From Gammaproteobacteria bacterium (GTDB lineage: Bacteria; Pseudomonadota; Gammaproteobacteria; Eutrophobiales; Eutrophobiaceae): a stretch of DNA of 64,000 bases. The translations under genes and the position numbers were made by a program. Under the pieces are notes generated by a model. The model did no database searches, was not told the DNA's origin, and worked only from the letters and a program-made list of their open reading frames with translations. Below, piece by piece: positions 42,805 through 52,792 of the stretch. The stretch lies in the NCBI GenBank assembly GCA_963422205.2, contig CAXMWX010000009.1, positions 128,001 through 192,000 on the forward strand, read 5' to 3'. Every line of letters starts with the position of its first letter. Within the stretch, counting starts at the first letter, position 1.

Positions 42805-44100
42805 ATGAATAAAACCTGCATACCCATCAGCCTGATTGTCCTGCTGCTGATGACCGTATCTGCTCAAGCCACAGAGCCTGCGAAGATCACGGCCATTGTT
42901 GGCGGCACAATCGTTGACCTTGATGGGAAATCTCCGCTTGAGAATGCGGTTATTCTTATCAGCGGTGAGCGGATTTCAGCAACAGGCAGTGCTGATGAGA
43001 TAACAGTCCCTGCCGATGCTGATATCATCGCTGCCAAAAGCACATGGCTGATCCCCGGGCTGATGAATATGCACGTGCATCTGGGGTTGAAATTGCCTGG
43101 AAAAATGCAGGCGGAACTGGCCAATGAAACCGAAGGCGAGTTGGTGCTGCGTATGGCTGATAACGCCCGCAGGACATTACTGGCGGGTATTACAACGATA
43201 CGCCTGCCCGGTGATGACAGGTGGGGAGACCTGGCCCTGGATAAGGCAATCAGGAAAGGACAGGCAATTGGCCCGCGTATTTTCAGCGCAGGAGAAGCGC
43301 TCGCCATAACGGCAGGACATGGCGCAGAAAAAGGTCAGGTTTACCATGACGGCCCTGATGAGCTGGTAAAAGCGGCACGTCAACAGATCAGTGCTGGTGC
43401 TACGTGGGTCAAGATTTTGATTTCAGGCGGTATCGCTACGGATGGTGGCGATATTGCCGAAGCATTAATGACACCGGAAGAAATCAGCGCGGTTATTGAT
43501 GCTGCCCATCGTTTTGGCATAAAGGTTGCCGCGCATTCCGGCTCTCCCGAGGCCACCAATACAGCAATCGATGCCGGTATCGACAGCATTGAACATGGTT
43601 ATTTTCTTGATCGTAAAACCTTACGCCGGATGAGGAAAGAAGGCACCTGGTTGGTGCCGACTATTTTAGTCAGCCAGCCGGCTTTAGCTCCCTTCTTCGA
43701 AGAAATTGGCACACCTAAATGGTATATGACACGTCGCGAATCAGTCGGCGAGCACCACTGGAGGGCCTTACAGATGGCCATAGAAGAGGGGGTGAGTATC
43801 GCTTTGGGGACGGATCAGTTACCCGCAGCGCCGACTGATGGAACCACCGCCACTGTACGTGAAGCTGAGTATTATGTTGAAGCAGGTATGACGCCCCTGC
43901 AGGCACTTCGCTCAGCCACTATAGAAACGGCAAGATTACTGGACGCCGAAAAAGACCTCGGTTCACTGGCAGCAGGCAAGTATGCAGATATTTTGGCTTT
44001 TGCGAGCGATCCGGTGAAAGACATCAAGGCCCTGCGTAATATTCTGCTCATCATGAAAGGCGGCACCGTGTACAGAAATGAATTAACAACGGGCAACTAA
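42805..44100 (+). CDS. Exported amidohydrolase (Xaa-Pro dipeptidase/carboxypeptidase-like subgroup)
   Basis: Signal peptide; PGLMNMHVH, VKILISGG, AAHS, IEHG, LGTD. Confidence 0.9.
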   Translation: MNKTCIPISLIVLLLMTVSAQATEPAKITAIVGGTIVDLDGKSPLENAVILISGERISATGSADEITVPADADIIAAKSTWLIPGLMNMHVHLGLKLPGKMQAELANETEGELVLRMADNARRTLLAGITTIRLPGDDRWGDLALDKAIRKGQAIGPRIFSAGEALAITAGHGAEKGQVYHDGPDELVKAARQQISAGATWVKILISGGIATDGGDIAEALMTPEEISAVIDAAHRFGIKVAAHSGSPEATNTAIDAGIDSIEHGYFLDRKTLRRMRKEGTWLVPTILVSQPALAPFFEEIGTPKWYMTRRESVGEHHWRALQMAIEEGVSIALGTDQLPAAPTDGTTATVREAEYYVEAGMTPLQALRSATIETARLLDAEKDLGSLAAGKYADILAFASDPVKDIKALRNILLIMKGGTVYRNELTTGN

Positions 44101-44141
44101 AGGGGGAGAGGTTCAAAGGCTGATGTTTGCAGGCAGAATAA

Positions 44142-44546
44142 TCAGCCTAACTCGGCAGTGACCTCAATTTCGATCAGAAACTCTGGCAGCGCCAGGCTTT
44201 GCACACCTATCCAGGTATTTGCAGCAGGTGTCACATCGCCATAAAATTCACCCAGCGCCATGCCAACAGGTTCCAGGTATTCAGGTTTATGGCCAACCAC
44301 GTAAGTGTGCATACGCACGATATCAGCCACACTGGCACCGGCTTCAGCAAGCACGGTCTTAATATTATTGAGCGCCTGGCGGGCCTGGGCGCCGATATCA
44401 TCAACACCAATCACATTGTAATCTTTGTCCCAGGCAACCTGACCGGCACAGTAGATGGTTGATTTACCATCGGCCTTTATCGCCTGAGAAAAACCATATT
44501 GAATACTTCCATACATGGATTTCGGATTGATCGCTTCACGTCTCAT
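44142..44546 (-). CDS. RidA/YjgF family protein
   Basis: FSQA, YCAGQV, PAANTWIGVQSLA...IEIEVTA. Confidence 0.88.
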   Translation of the reverse strand: MRREAINPKSMYGSIQYGFSQAIKADGKSTIYCAGQVAWDKDYNVIGVDDIGAQARQALNNIKTVLAEAGASVADIVRMHTYVVGHKPEYLEPVGMALGEFYGDVTPAANTWIGVQSLALPEFLIEIEVTAELG

Positions 44547-44559
44547 TTTAATTCTCCGT

Positions 44560-45051
44560 TCATATATACTCTACCAGTTCCAGTTGATTGCCAAAAGGAT
44601 CCAGCACATACCAGGAGTGTGATGCCGGACAGGGGCCATTGTCCATAGTGATAGGGCCACTCATTGCCTTGCAACCGTTTTCTTCAAGGAAAGTAATCGC
44701 CAGTTGGATATTATCAACTTCTATACACAGGTGGCGGCTGCCGATGTCACAGTTTCTCGGTGGAGTTTGATTTGTATCACCGGGTCTTTCATATTGGAAT
44801 AACTCCATCCCAAAGTTATCGCCCAGGCGTAACATGGCAATTTCCAGGCGGGCGCCCTTGACATTGATATGGGCCTCGCTCCAGTCCCGACCATCCTCCT
44901 CAGCAGGCATGTCAGCAGAATCAAACGGCCCCATGCGGTATGCCAATTCGGCATCCATCACGTCGGTATAAAATTGAATAGCCGCATCCAGATTGGCTAC
45001 TGTGAGTGAAACATGGTCGGGTCGTTTGAATACAGGTTTTTTTAAGCTCAT
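44560..45051 (-). CDS. VOC (glyoxalase) family protein
   Basis: DHVSLTV, ELFQY, HLCIEV and DPFGNQLELVE; metal ligands H/E/H/E. Confidence 0.88.
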   Translation of the reverse strand: MSLKKPVFKRPDHVSLTVANLDAAIQFYTDVMDAELAYRMGPFDSADMPAEEDGRDWSEAHINVKGARLEIAMLRLGDNFGMELFQYERPGDTNQTPPRNCDIGSRHLCIEVDNIQLAITFLEENGCKAMSGPITMDNGPCPASHSWYVLDPFGNQLELVEYI

Positions 45052-45076
45052 GGGTTATACCTCGTTTTATCAGGCG

Positions 45077-46393
45077 TCAGTCCGCAATATAATCCTGCAC
45101 GTTTTCCGTTGCCAAGACCAGCGACAAGACAAGTCCAGCCAGGATAATCAGATTACGCCACCACTCAGCCCGGTGATGTTGTACGACACTGGTCTGATTC
45201 AACATATAAAGAACGATGATAAACACCAGCGGGATCACAATCACATTCACCCCCATCAGCAGCACCACCTTCAATAAGGCCGGAAAACTCCAGAAGGGTG
45301 TCAGCAGGGCGGGAATCATCAGAAAAGATGCCAGCAGATAATGGTACGGTTTGTTGTCCGCAGAAAAACGCCAGGGCTGCTTAAACATATCCAGACAAAA
45401 ATACGTGCAAAACTGTGCGGCCACGATCATGGTCGTCATTGCCGCCATGATAACGCCAAGAGAAAAAATCAGCGGGCCAATACCAGCGATGCTCCCAGGG
45501 AAGGCATGCACCAGCACGTTACTCGCTTCATGTACCGTGTCTATCTGTGCATGGTGTTGCAGTGGATACAATGCATAGCCTCCGGCGATGATGATAAAGC
45601 TGGCATAACAGCCAAAGATGAGCCCCAGATTCAACAGGGACTTATGGAAATCCTGTTTTAACGTGCTCGCATCCGCCTGTGCATCAGTAGAGAGATAGGG
45701 CATACCCAGCAAGGCAGCGGGGGCTAAGGCACTGCCGACAATCGCAATCATGGATGTGTTGGCCAGACGCCAGCCGTCCGTCCCCGGGATCGGCAAATCC
45801 GCAGGAATACTGGGCATGAACCCCTTGATAATATCCGCTATTTCGCTGAAGCCACGCAGGGCAACAATAAAGAAGCAGGCAAACATCAGGACCATGAGTA
45901 GGCTCATGGCCTTTTGCATACGCTCGTAGCCCTGGGATAATATCAGCCAGAGTATGCCGCCGGCACAGACCAGGGACAGCAGCACCTCAGCCCACAGATA
46001 CGCCTGAATAGACTGCGCTGCTGCATTGGCTTGTGGCGGGTAAAAACCAAATAGAGACAAAACTGAGGATGTCATCACCGACATCTGTCCCATGATAATC
46101 AGCAGGTGTACCGGAATATTCACAGCAAGCAGCAGCCAGGCGATGCCGGGATGCACCTGCTGGCAGATCAGGGAGAACATGCCATGTTCGTGATTAAGCG
46201 CACCAATGCGAGATGAACTATCTACGGCGACCACGAAGACCGGCAGCATAATCAGCATCACCCACAGCAGTTCATAACGAAACCAGGCCCCGGCGAGGAT
46301 GAAAGAGGCGACTGCGCCTGCGCCCATAGTACCAGCAGCCATGACAGCCGTCGGCCCAATGACACTTTTAAACAGGTTAATGAGCCAGTTCAT
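45077..46393 (-). CDS. NRAMP-related secondary transporter
   Basis: About 11 TM helices; IGPTAVMAAGTMGAG...AGAWFRYELLW pattern; the DPxN metal motif is absent. Confidence 0.75.
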   Translation of the reverse strand: MNWLINLFKSVIGPTAVMAAGTMGAGAVASFILAGAWFRYELLWVMLIMLPVFVVAVDSSSRIGALNHEHGMFSLICQQVHPGIAWLLLAVNIPVHLLIIMGQMSVMTSSVLSLFGFYPPQANAAAQSIQAYLWAEVLLSLVCAGGILWLILSQGYERMQKAMSLLMVLMFACFFIVALRGFSEIADIIKGFMPSIPADLPIPGTDGWRLANTSMIAIVGSALAPAALLGMPYLSTDAQADASTLKQDFHKSLLNLGLIFGCYASFIIIAGGYALYPLQHHAQIDTVHEASNVLVHAFPGSIAGIGPLIFSLGVIMAAMTTMIVAAQFCTYFCLDMFKQPWRFSADNKPYHYLLASFLMIPALLTPFWSFPALLKVVLLMGVNVIVIPLVFIIVLYMLNQTSVVQHHRAEWWRNLIILAGLVLSLVLATENVQDYIAD

Positions 46394-46460
46394 TGGTTTT
46401 AAGCTAAGCAAAAGTTAGCGTGTTACAGAATTATACGCCCAGAGTAGCCCTGCCATAATT

Positions 46461-46505
46461 CGATTCAATAACATCAAAGAAACATTTTTGTTGCTTATAT
46501 AACAA
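46461..46505 (-). promoter_or_regulatory. LysR-type operator/promoter, copy 3 (transporter-VOC-RidA operon)
   Basis: Minus strand TTGT-TATATAA-GCAAC-N16-TGTTATTGAATCG; TTGAAT is followed 16 bp later by TACTCT. Confidence 0.72.
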
Positions 46506-46760
46506 CAAAGCAGCCGGTCATCGTATTAGCAGGCGGGTATCGCTGATCCCATCGGGCAAGACTGCCTTCAGGTGTCGCTGTGCGTGGTAGAGGTAAAAAG
46601 TTTTGACATCCCGGAACCGTTATGAGCTGAAGGGGATAAGCCTCGCCATACTTCAAAAAATGACTGCTCAAAGAGTAATTTTGCAAAGCTATTATTTTGA
46701 ATATAATCAAATATATTTTATTGTTTTAATCTTTAAACACTTGCGTTTACTATCTGTTGC

Positions 46761-47147
46761 TCACAGTTTATGGTTCATTGAAGAGACGTCCAGGTGATAC
46801 TTAACTTGTTTTTCTTCAGGTATCAGATTTTTCTCCTTTAACAGGGTTTTATCAAAGTCAATAGTACATACAGGTTGAGGGATATTGAAAAATTTCGATA
46901 GACTGTTCCAATCCTTGTTTCTTATGGTTATTGCCTCATTCAAATAAAAACTCACCCAGCTATTTCCTATTTTATGGTTAGGTTTAGTGGCTTCAAGTTT
47001 CGCTTCTGAAATAGCTATATAAGACTCATCTATCTCAAACCCAATATATTTTCTCCCCAGCCTTTTTGCCGAAATTGCCGTTGTGCCAGTGCCTGAAAAA
47101 GGATCCAATACCCTATCATTTTCCTCTGTAGAAAGAAGTATCAACAC
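46761..47147 (-). pseudogene. C-terminal fragment of a beta-class amino-DNA methyltransferase
   Basis: LILLSTEENDRVLDPFSGTGTT...YIGFEID; the catalytic N-terminal half is absent. Confidence 0.8.
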
Positions 47148-47149
47148 TT

Positions 47150-47532
47150 TTTATAAGTTGTAAAATTGCATCATCAGACCACTCCTGAGCATTTTCAGGT
47201 ACGGTTTTATCGCACCACAAGTCTTTGTAGACCGATCTGTTTAATTCAGGAATGTCGACGATTCGGATGATGGTGATTAAGCGCTTTAGATATTCATTTT
47301 AAAAGCCTGATAGCGCCAGTAATGCCCTCAGCCCATTTTCTTTTTCAGCAATAAGATCTTCAAATATCTTTTTTCTTAATCCCTCTGTTTCAACTCTATT
47401 TTTAACATTCAGCAGGGTTTCCTTTAAGGCATTTATATACCCCTCATAGTCCTCTTCAAACTTGGGATTGAAAAAGTAAAAAGTGTTTTTATTTATTACA
47501 GTGTTAAATTTGCTTTCTATTGATTGCATCAT
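47150..47532 (-). pseudogene. N-terminal fragment of a putative type II restriction endonuclease (possibly DpnII-related)
   Basis: Lies between two MTase genes. It reads MMQSIESKFNTVINKNTFYF...LLALSGF, frameshifts, continues NEYLKRLITIIRIVD...EWSDDAILQLIK, and is then truncated. The family assignment is from recall only. Confidence 0.55.
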
Positions 47533-48777
47533 CTGCGGTTTTCTCAAAGATCAAGATATACTCTTCCCTCATCGTATTTCGCATTCCCTTTATCGGCTTC
47601 AAAATGCTATGAACCAGCAACAGCCCATGATTTTCAGCAGATTTTATTACCTTCTCCTCCAACCTTATGCCTCCGGTTTGATTAGTATTTGAGCCAATTA
47701 TAATCACCATGTATTTTTCTTTTTTCAATATGCGGGCGGCCTCACCGCAAAACTTGTCCATATCTCTAAAGTAGATTTCTATTTTTTCCGCTTTCTTTCC
47801 CCCCTTTAATCCGATGAGTTTATTTTTCAAATCTGTGGGATCGTAGCCAAGATACTCTAACTGTTCCTTGTCATTTTCCACGTAGTCAATGGCAAATGAA
47901 TACGAGGGCGATGTAATTATCGCATCTACTGAGTTATTATCTAATTGTATATCCAGAGCGCTGGATTCGGGGAGAATCCAGAGTTCGCCCAAGGTGCTTT
48001 GGTTGATATGCTTGTTCTCCAGTAGATTTTTAACGGTTTCCATATACCTTCTCAGCACTTTGGCAAATAATTGCTCATGATTTGAGCGCATGACGCGTTT
48101 GGAGTAGCCGAGTGCATCTAAAAATGCCAAGAGAGCAAGATGGGATATTTTTTGTTTTTCTTTACTGGTTTTTGCGATCTTTTCAACCGGGTTTCCCCGA
48201 TTAAAAAAAGAAAAGAGTTTCTCGGGCTTTAATTCTATTTCGGATAGAAGTTTTTTATCAATGCTCAAAGCATCATACTTGGCTCTTATCATTAATTGGC
48301 AAAACGGACTAACATCTATGGCGTAAGAATTAATACCCATTAGCGCCGCCTCAATGTTGGTGGTGCCACTTCCTGCCATTGGGTCAATAATAATGTCATT
48401 CTTTTTGATACCTAAGACATTAATAAGCCCTTTAATCTCAACTGCGGATGGAATTTTCCCCGATACGGAAACAGGCTGTGGGTGGCATAACCTGTAGAGA
48501 ATTGCCCATTCTGAAAATATAAATTCGTTATTGTTGATCTGTTCTTACTTACAGTTTTGGCAACGTCAGCATGAGCTAAGAAATGCTTACTGAGTTTGCC
48601 GTTCTTACTTTTACCGTAAGCTGTCCGGCTCAAGTAGTCTTTTTCCGCCAGTATGCTGTATTCAAGGTACGCCAAGTGAAGCTCGAATAACTCATTAACA
48701 GTAGGTAGTAGAGTCACTTTTTTGCTAAAAAGCACTTCCAGGGGCGTGTTAATGTTATAAAATTTTTCACTTACCAT
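47504..48777 (-). pseudogene. Amino (N4-C type) DNA methyltransferase, frameshifted
   Basis: THSLFPYRGKFHPQL /fs near 48437/ IKGLIN...IDPMAGSGTT...ITSPSY; motif IV is normally SPPY. Confidence 0.8.
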
Positions 48778-48913
48778 TATTATATGAAAAACCCGGTGAC
48801 CGGTAAACGCCAGCCAAATCTCGCACAAGGGACGTCCATCGCTTCCCTGTCTGCCACGCTTGGCGGCACAGGCAGATGACGGGCGGGACAGGAATGAAAT
48901 TATCTTTGTATGA

Positions 48914-49357
48914 CTACTCAGTAAAGAATTGCTGCCTGAAGCTGAAATTCAGCGCAGCATCCTCGCCCTGGGGGGTGATATTGAGTTCAAATTCCAGAGT
49001 CTCTTCATGGCTGATGCGTACCTCGCCGAGATAGTAGACCGCATATTCAACCTGTATCTCTTTCAGGCTGACCTTGCGTAACTGCTGGTTTAAGTTAGTG
49101 GCGGTCGCCTCAACCTTTGCCTTGACCGACTGGCCGGTCGTGCCCATGTGTTTTTTCAACACCGAGATATTGATGAGCGCACGGTTTTTACTGCGTTTAA
49201 TCTTGTAGTTTTTCGCCACGTCCGGGCTAAGCAAATCTGAGGGGAAGACAGAGAAATGCACAGTGTAATCGCCGAAGGTTCTGGATTGTTCAGCATGCAC
49301 AGCAGCACCACACAGCAGCGAAGTAAACAGCATCAGGGGCATAAACGATTTAATCAT
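48914..49357 (-). CDS. DUF4426 exported protein
   Basis: Signal peptide; VHFSVFPSDLLSPDVAKNY.I.RS, AVYYL, F.QQF; located downstream of yggT. Confidence 0.85.
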   Translation of the reverse strand: MIKSFMPLMLFTSLLCGAAVHAEQSRTFGDYTVHFSVFPSDLLSPDVAKNYKIKRSKNRALINISVLKKHMGTTGQSVKAKVEATATNLNQQLRKVSLKEIQVEYAVYYLGEVRISHEETLEFELNITPQGEDAALNFSFRQQFFTE

Positions 49358-49436
49358 CACAGCGCTCCTTATCTTTAAGTTTAGCGGCATTTGTGTCAGG
49401 TCATTATACTGAACAAAGCAATAAAGTCTGGCATTT

Positions 49437-50012
49437 TTATAAGGATCTCGACAGGATCACCAGCGGCTCAACCAGCAGGTAAAACAGCAGCGGCAGGGCG
49501 ATCAACACAATCAAGGCAGAAAAATCAACACCGGCCACAGGCGGGACATGGCGTCTGACCGGTCGTAACAAAGGCTCGCTCAGTTTATACAATAACACAG
49601 TGATAGGGTTATATGCCCCCGGGTGGATCCAGCTGCTTAATGCCTGAATGAAGATGATCACGATATACATATAGATAAACAGCCGGACAAGTTCAGCCAC
49701 CGCCAGCACCAGCAGACCAGGCAGGCTTGGCAGCGGTCGGTCCAGCAGCAGGTGAGCCAGGCCGATCTCCAGTATTTGCAGCAGCAGCATCAACACAAGG
49801 GATGCCCCGTCTATGCGGGCAAAATTCAGCAGCAATCGGCGCAGCGGCAGCAGTGCCGGGGTGGTGATTTTCACCAGCAGTTGCGATACCGGATTGTAGA
49901 AATCCGCCCGCACCAGTTGCAGCAAAAATCGCAGGGCAACGGCGATAATATACAGGCCAATCAAGGTGCTGATGAGGTAATGTGCCGCTTGTGCTGGCAG
50001 GCTGCCCGTCAT
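49437..50012 (-). CDS. yggT: YggT family membrane protein
   Basis: LRFLLQLVRADFYNPVSQ; two YGGT repeats. Confidence 0.93.
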   Translation of the reverse strand: MTGSLPAQAAHYLISTLIGLYIIAVALRFLLQLVRADFYNPVSQLLVKITTPALLPLRRLLLNFARIDGASLVLMLLLQILEIGLAHLLLDRPLPSLPGLLVLAVAELVRLFIYMYIVIIFIQALSSWIHPGAYNPITVLLYKLSEPLLRPVRRHVPPVAGVDFSALIVLIALPLLFYLLVEPLVILSRSL

Positions 50013-50013
50013 G

Positions 50014-50841
50014 TCAGCTGTTGCCTGCTTGTTGGGAAAGCTCGATCGAGCGATTGAGGGCGGCTGTTACTGCCTCTCGCAATAGCTGCTCCAGCCGGCC
50101 GTCCATCAATACCTGTAAAGCCCGCTCGGTGGTGCCGCCGGGCGAGGTCACCTGGGCGCGCAATGCTGCCGGTGTTTGCCCTGCCTGGCTGACCATAGTC
50201 GCCGCGCCCAGGGCGGTTTGTGTCGTCAGCGCCCTGGCGTTGGCCGCATCCAGCCCCAATTCACGGGCGATTTTCTCCAGCAGTTCGATATAAAAAAAGA
50301 AATACGCTGGCCCGGTGCCCGAGACCGCCGTCACCGCATCAAGCAACTCTTCCTGTTCCAGCCACACGGCAAGCCCCACCGACTCCATAATAAAATTGGC
50401 CCGTTGTTTTTGCTGCTCGCTGACATGGGCATTGGCGAACAGGGCGGCGGCGCCTTGTTGCAGCAGCGAGGGGGTGTTCGGCATCACCCGGACAATGGCC
50501 GCTTCGGGATACAGCCCGGCGGCGATGGCAGCCGTTTTGATGCCAGCGGCAACGGAGATGAACAGCGGCATGGTGGCGGTGAACAGGTCTTGCAGTTGTG
50601 CCAGCGTGGTGGACATCATTTGCGGTTTGACCGCCAGGATAACCACCATGCACTCGGACAGGGTGGCATCGGTCTCGGCCGATACGTGAATGCCCAAGCG
50701 CGCGGCGGCCTGCCGTTGCTCCCCGGCCGGGTCTATGCCGTAGATGAGATCAGCCGGATAACCATTGGCGATCAGCCCGCCTATCAGGCTGTGCCCCATG
50801 TTACCGCAACCGATAACAGCAATTTTTCCCTGCTGGTTCAT
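50014..50841 (-). CDS. proC: Pyrroline-5-carboxylate reductase
   Basis: IGCGNMG, LAVKPQ, RVMPNTP, VTSPGGTT. Confidence 0.97.
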   Translation of the reverse strand: MNQQGKIAVIGCGNMGHSLIGGLIANGYPADLIYGIDPAGEQRQAAARLGIHVSAETDATLSECMVVILAVKPQMMSTTLAQLQDLFTATMPLFISVAAGIKTAAIAAGLYPEAAIVRVMPNTPSLLQQGAAALFANAHVSEQQKQRANFIMESVGLAVWLEQEELLDAVTAVSGTGPAYFFFYIELLEKIARELGLDAANARALTTQTALGAATMVSQAGQTPAALRAQVTSPGGTTERALQVLMDGRLEQLLREAVTAALNRSIELSQQAGNS

Positions 50842-50880
50842 GAACTTTTATGCAGATTATAACAAGATGCCGCCGACAGG

Positions 50881-51564
50881 CTAGTCCCTCGGCCCGAACA
50901 GGGCAGTACCGATACGCACCATCGTCGCCCCTTCAGCGATAGCGGCCTCCAGGTCGTGGCTGGTACCCATCGACAGAGTATCTACCGCATGGCCGGCGGC
51001 TTGCAGCTCTGCATACAATTCCCGCAATCGGGCGAAGGCCCGGCGCTGGCGGGCGAGATCATCGGTCGGTGCGGGCAGGGCCATCAGCCCGCGCAGCCGT
51101 ACGCCCGGCAAGGGACTGATGCTGGCCGCCAATGAGGCAATCTTGTCGGCATCCGCCCCCGATTTACTGGCTTCACCGCTGATATTGACTTGCAGGCAAA
51201 TATTCAAGGCAGCCTGCCCGGGCGCCCTGGCCTGGCTCAGGCGGCGGGCGATTTTTTCCCGATCAACACTGTGAACCCAGTCAAACAAGCGGGCTATCGG
51301 GCCGGTCTTGTTGGCCTGCACCGGCCCGATAAAGTGCCAGTTCAGCCGCTCATCGGCCAGGGCGGCGATCTTGCCAGCCGCCTCCTGTAAGTAATTTTCG
51401 GCAAAATCCTGTTGTCCACAGTCAATGAGCTGCTGTAACTCTTGAAGCTGGCGTGTTTTGCTGACGGCAATCAGCCTGACACTGTGCCGGGGGCGGCCAA
51501 ATCGCTGTTCTGCCGAGGCAATTTCATCTTTGATAGCCTGATAGGCGGCCTGAATATTTTTCAT
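50881..51564 (-). CDS. yggS: PLP homeostasis protein
   Basis: LIAVSKT, WHFIGPVQANK, LSMGTS, VRIGTALFG. Confidence 0.96.
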   Translation of the reverse strand: MKNIQAAYQAIKDEIASAEQRFGRPRHSVRLIAVSKTRQLQELQQLIDCGQQDFAENYLQEAAGKIAALADERLNWHFIGPVQANKTGPIARLFDWVHSVDREKIARRLSQARAPGQAALNICLQVNISGEASKSGADADKIASLAASISPLPGVRLRGLMALPAPTDDLARQRRAFARLRELYAELQAAGHAVDTLSMGTSHDLEAAIAEGATMVRIGTALFGPRD

Positions 51565-51719
51565 GATCGGGTAGTCTGTGGCAAAATAAGGCCGGTAACA
51601 TGTACGCCTGATTTACGGTTTGCTGGTATGATACCAGTATCCCCATGCAGCATGACACTTGTCATTAACGCAAACTACAATAGACTTTAGTCAAATTTAT
51701 AACTTGCTGGAGGTTATAT

Positions 51720-52754
51720 ATGGATATCGGTGAATTGCTCGCCTTTGGCGTGAAAAACGGCTGCTCGGATTTACATCTGTCAGCAGGTATGCCGCCCATG
51801 ATGCGGATTGATGGCAACATGAAAAAAATCAATGCCCCGCCCATGGATCACAAAGCAGTGCATGATCTGGTGTACGACATCATGAATGACAAGCAGCGCA
51901 AGGATTATGAGGAATTTCTGGAATGTGACTTCTCTTTTGAGGTGCCTGATCTGGCCCGTTTTCGTGTGAATGCGGCGAATCAGAACCGCGGCTCGTTTGC
52001 CGTGTTTCGGACAATCCCCTCAGAAATCCTGTCGCTGGAGACGCTGAACGCCCCGTCCATCTTCAAAGACATCTCCGAGTATCCCCGTGGCGTGGTGCTG
52101 GTGACCGGGCCCACCGGCTCAGGTAAATCAACCACGCTGGCGGCCATGATTAATTACAAAAATGAGACCGAGCGCGGCCATATCCTCACCCTGGAAGACC
52201 CGATTGAGTTTGTCCATCAAAGCAAAAAATGCCTGATCAACCAGCGGGAAATTCATCGTGACACACTGGGGTTTTCCGAGGCACTGCGCTCGGCCTTGAG
52301 GGAAGACCCGGATGTCATTTTAGTGGGCGAGATGCGTGATCTGGAGACTATCCGGCTGGCCCTGGAAGCGGCCGAGACCGGCCACGTTGTCTTTGGCACC
52401 CTGCACACCAGTTCCGCCGCCAAGACCATTGATCGGATTGTGGATGTCTTCCCGGCGGCGGAGAAAGACATGGTGCGGGCGATGATGTCCGAATCGTTGC
52501 GTGCCGTGATCTCACAGACATTACTACGCAAGAAGGGCGGTGGTCGTGTGGCTGCCCATGAGATTATGATCGGCACCCCCGCCATCAGAAACCTGATCCG
52601 TGAAAACAAGATTGCACAGATGTACTCAGCTATTCAAACCGGCCAGTCGTTTGGTATGCAGACCCTGGATCAGAACCTGCAAGCGCTGGTACAAAAGGGC
52701 CTGGTTGACCGGGAAGAGGCACGCTCAAAGGCCGCCAATAAAGATAACTTCTAA
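51720..52754 (+). CDS. pilT: Type IV pilus retraction ATPase PilT
   Basis: SDLHLSAG, GPTGSGKST, LREDPD, AIRNLIRE. Confidence 0.97.
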   Translation: MDIGELLAFGVKNGCSDLHLSAGMPPMMRIDGNMKKINAPPMDHKAVHDLVYDIMNDKQRKDYEEFLECDFSFEVPDLARFRVNAANQNRGSFAVFRTIPSEILSLETLNAPSIFKDISEYPRGVVLVTGPTGSGKSTTLAAMINYKNETERGHILTLEDPIEFVHQSKKCLINQREIHRDTLGFSEALRSALREDPDVILVGEMRDLETIRLALEAAETGHVVFGTLHTSSAAKTIDRIVDVFPAAEKDMVRAMMSESLRAVISQTLLRKKGGGRVAAHEIMIGTPAIRNLIRENKIAQMYSAIQTGQSFGMQTLDQNLQALVQKGLVDREEARSKAANKDNF

Positions 52755-52792
52755 CTTATCAATGCAGCATTTACCTGTGGAGTAAGCACGCT

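Noticed and set aside
48832-48893. Imperfect GC-rich hairpin at the right edge of the RM remnant, sharing CCTGTCTG with the hairpin at 5161
   Set aside because: The similarity is too short to define a REP/MITE family from this window.
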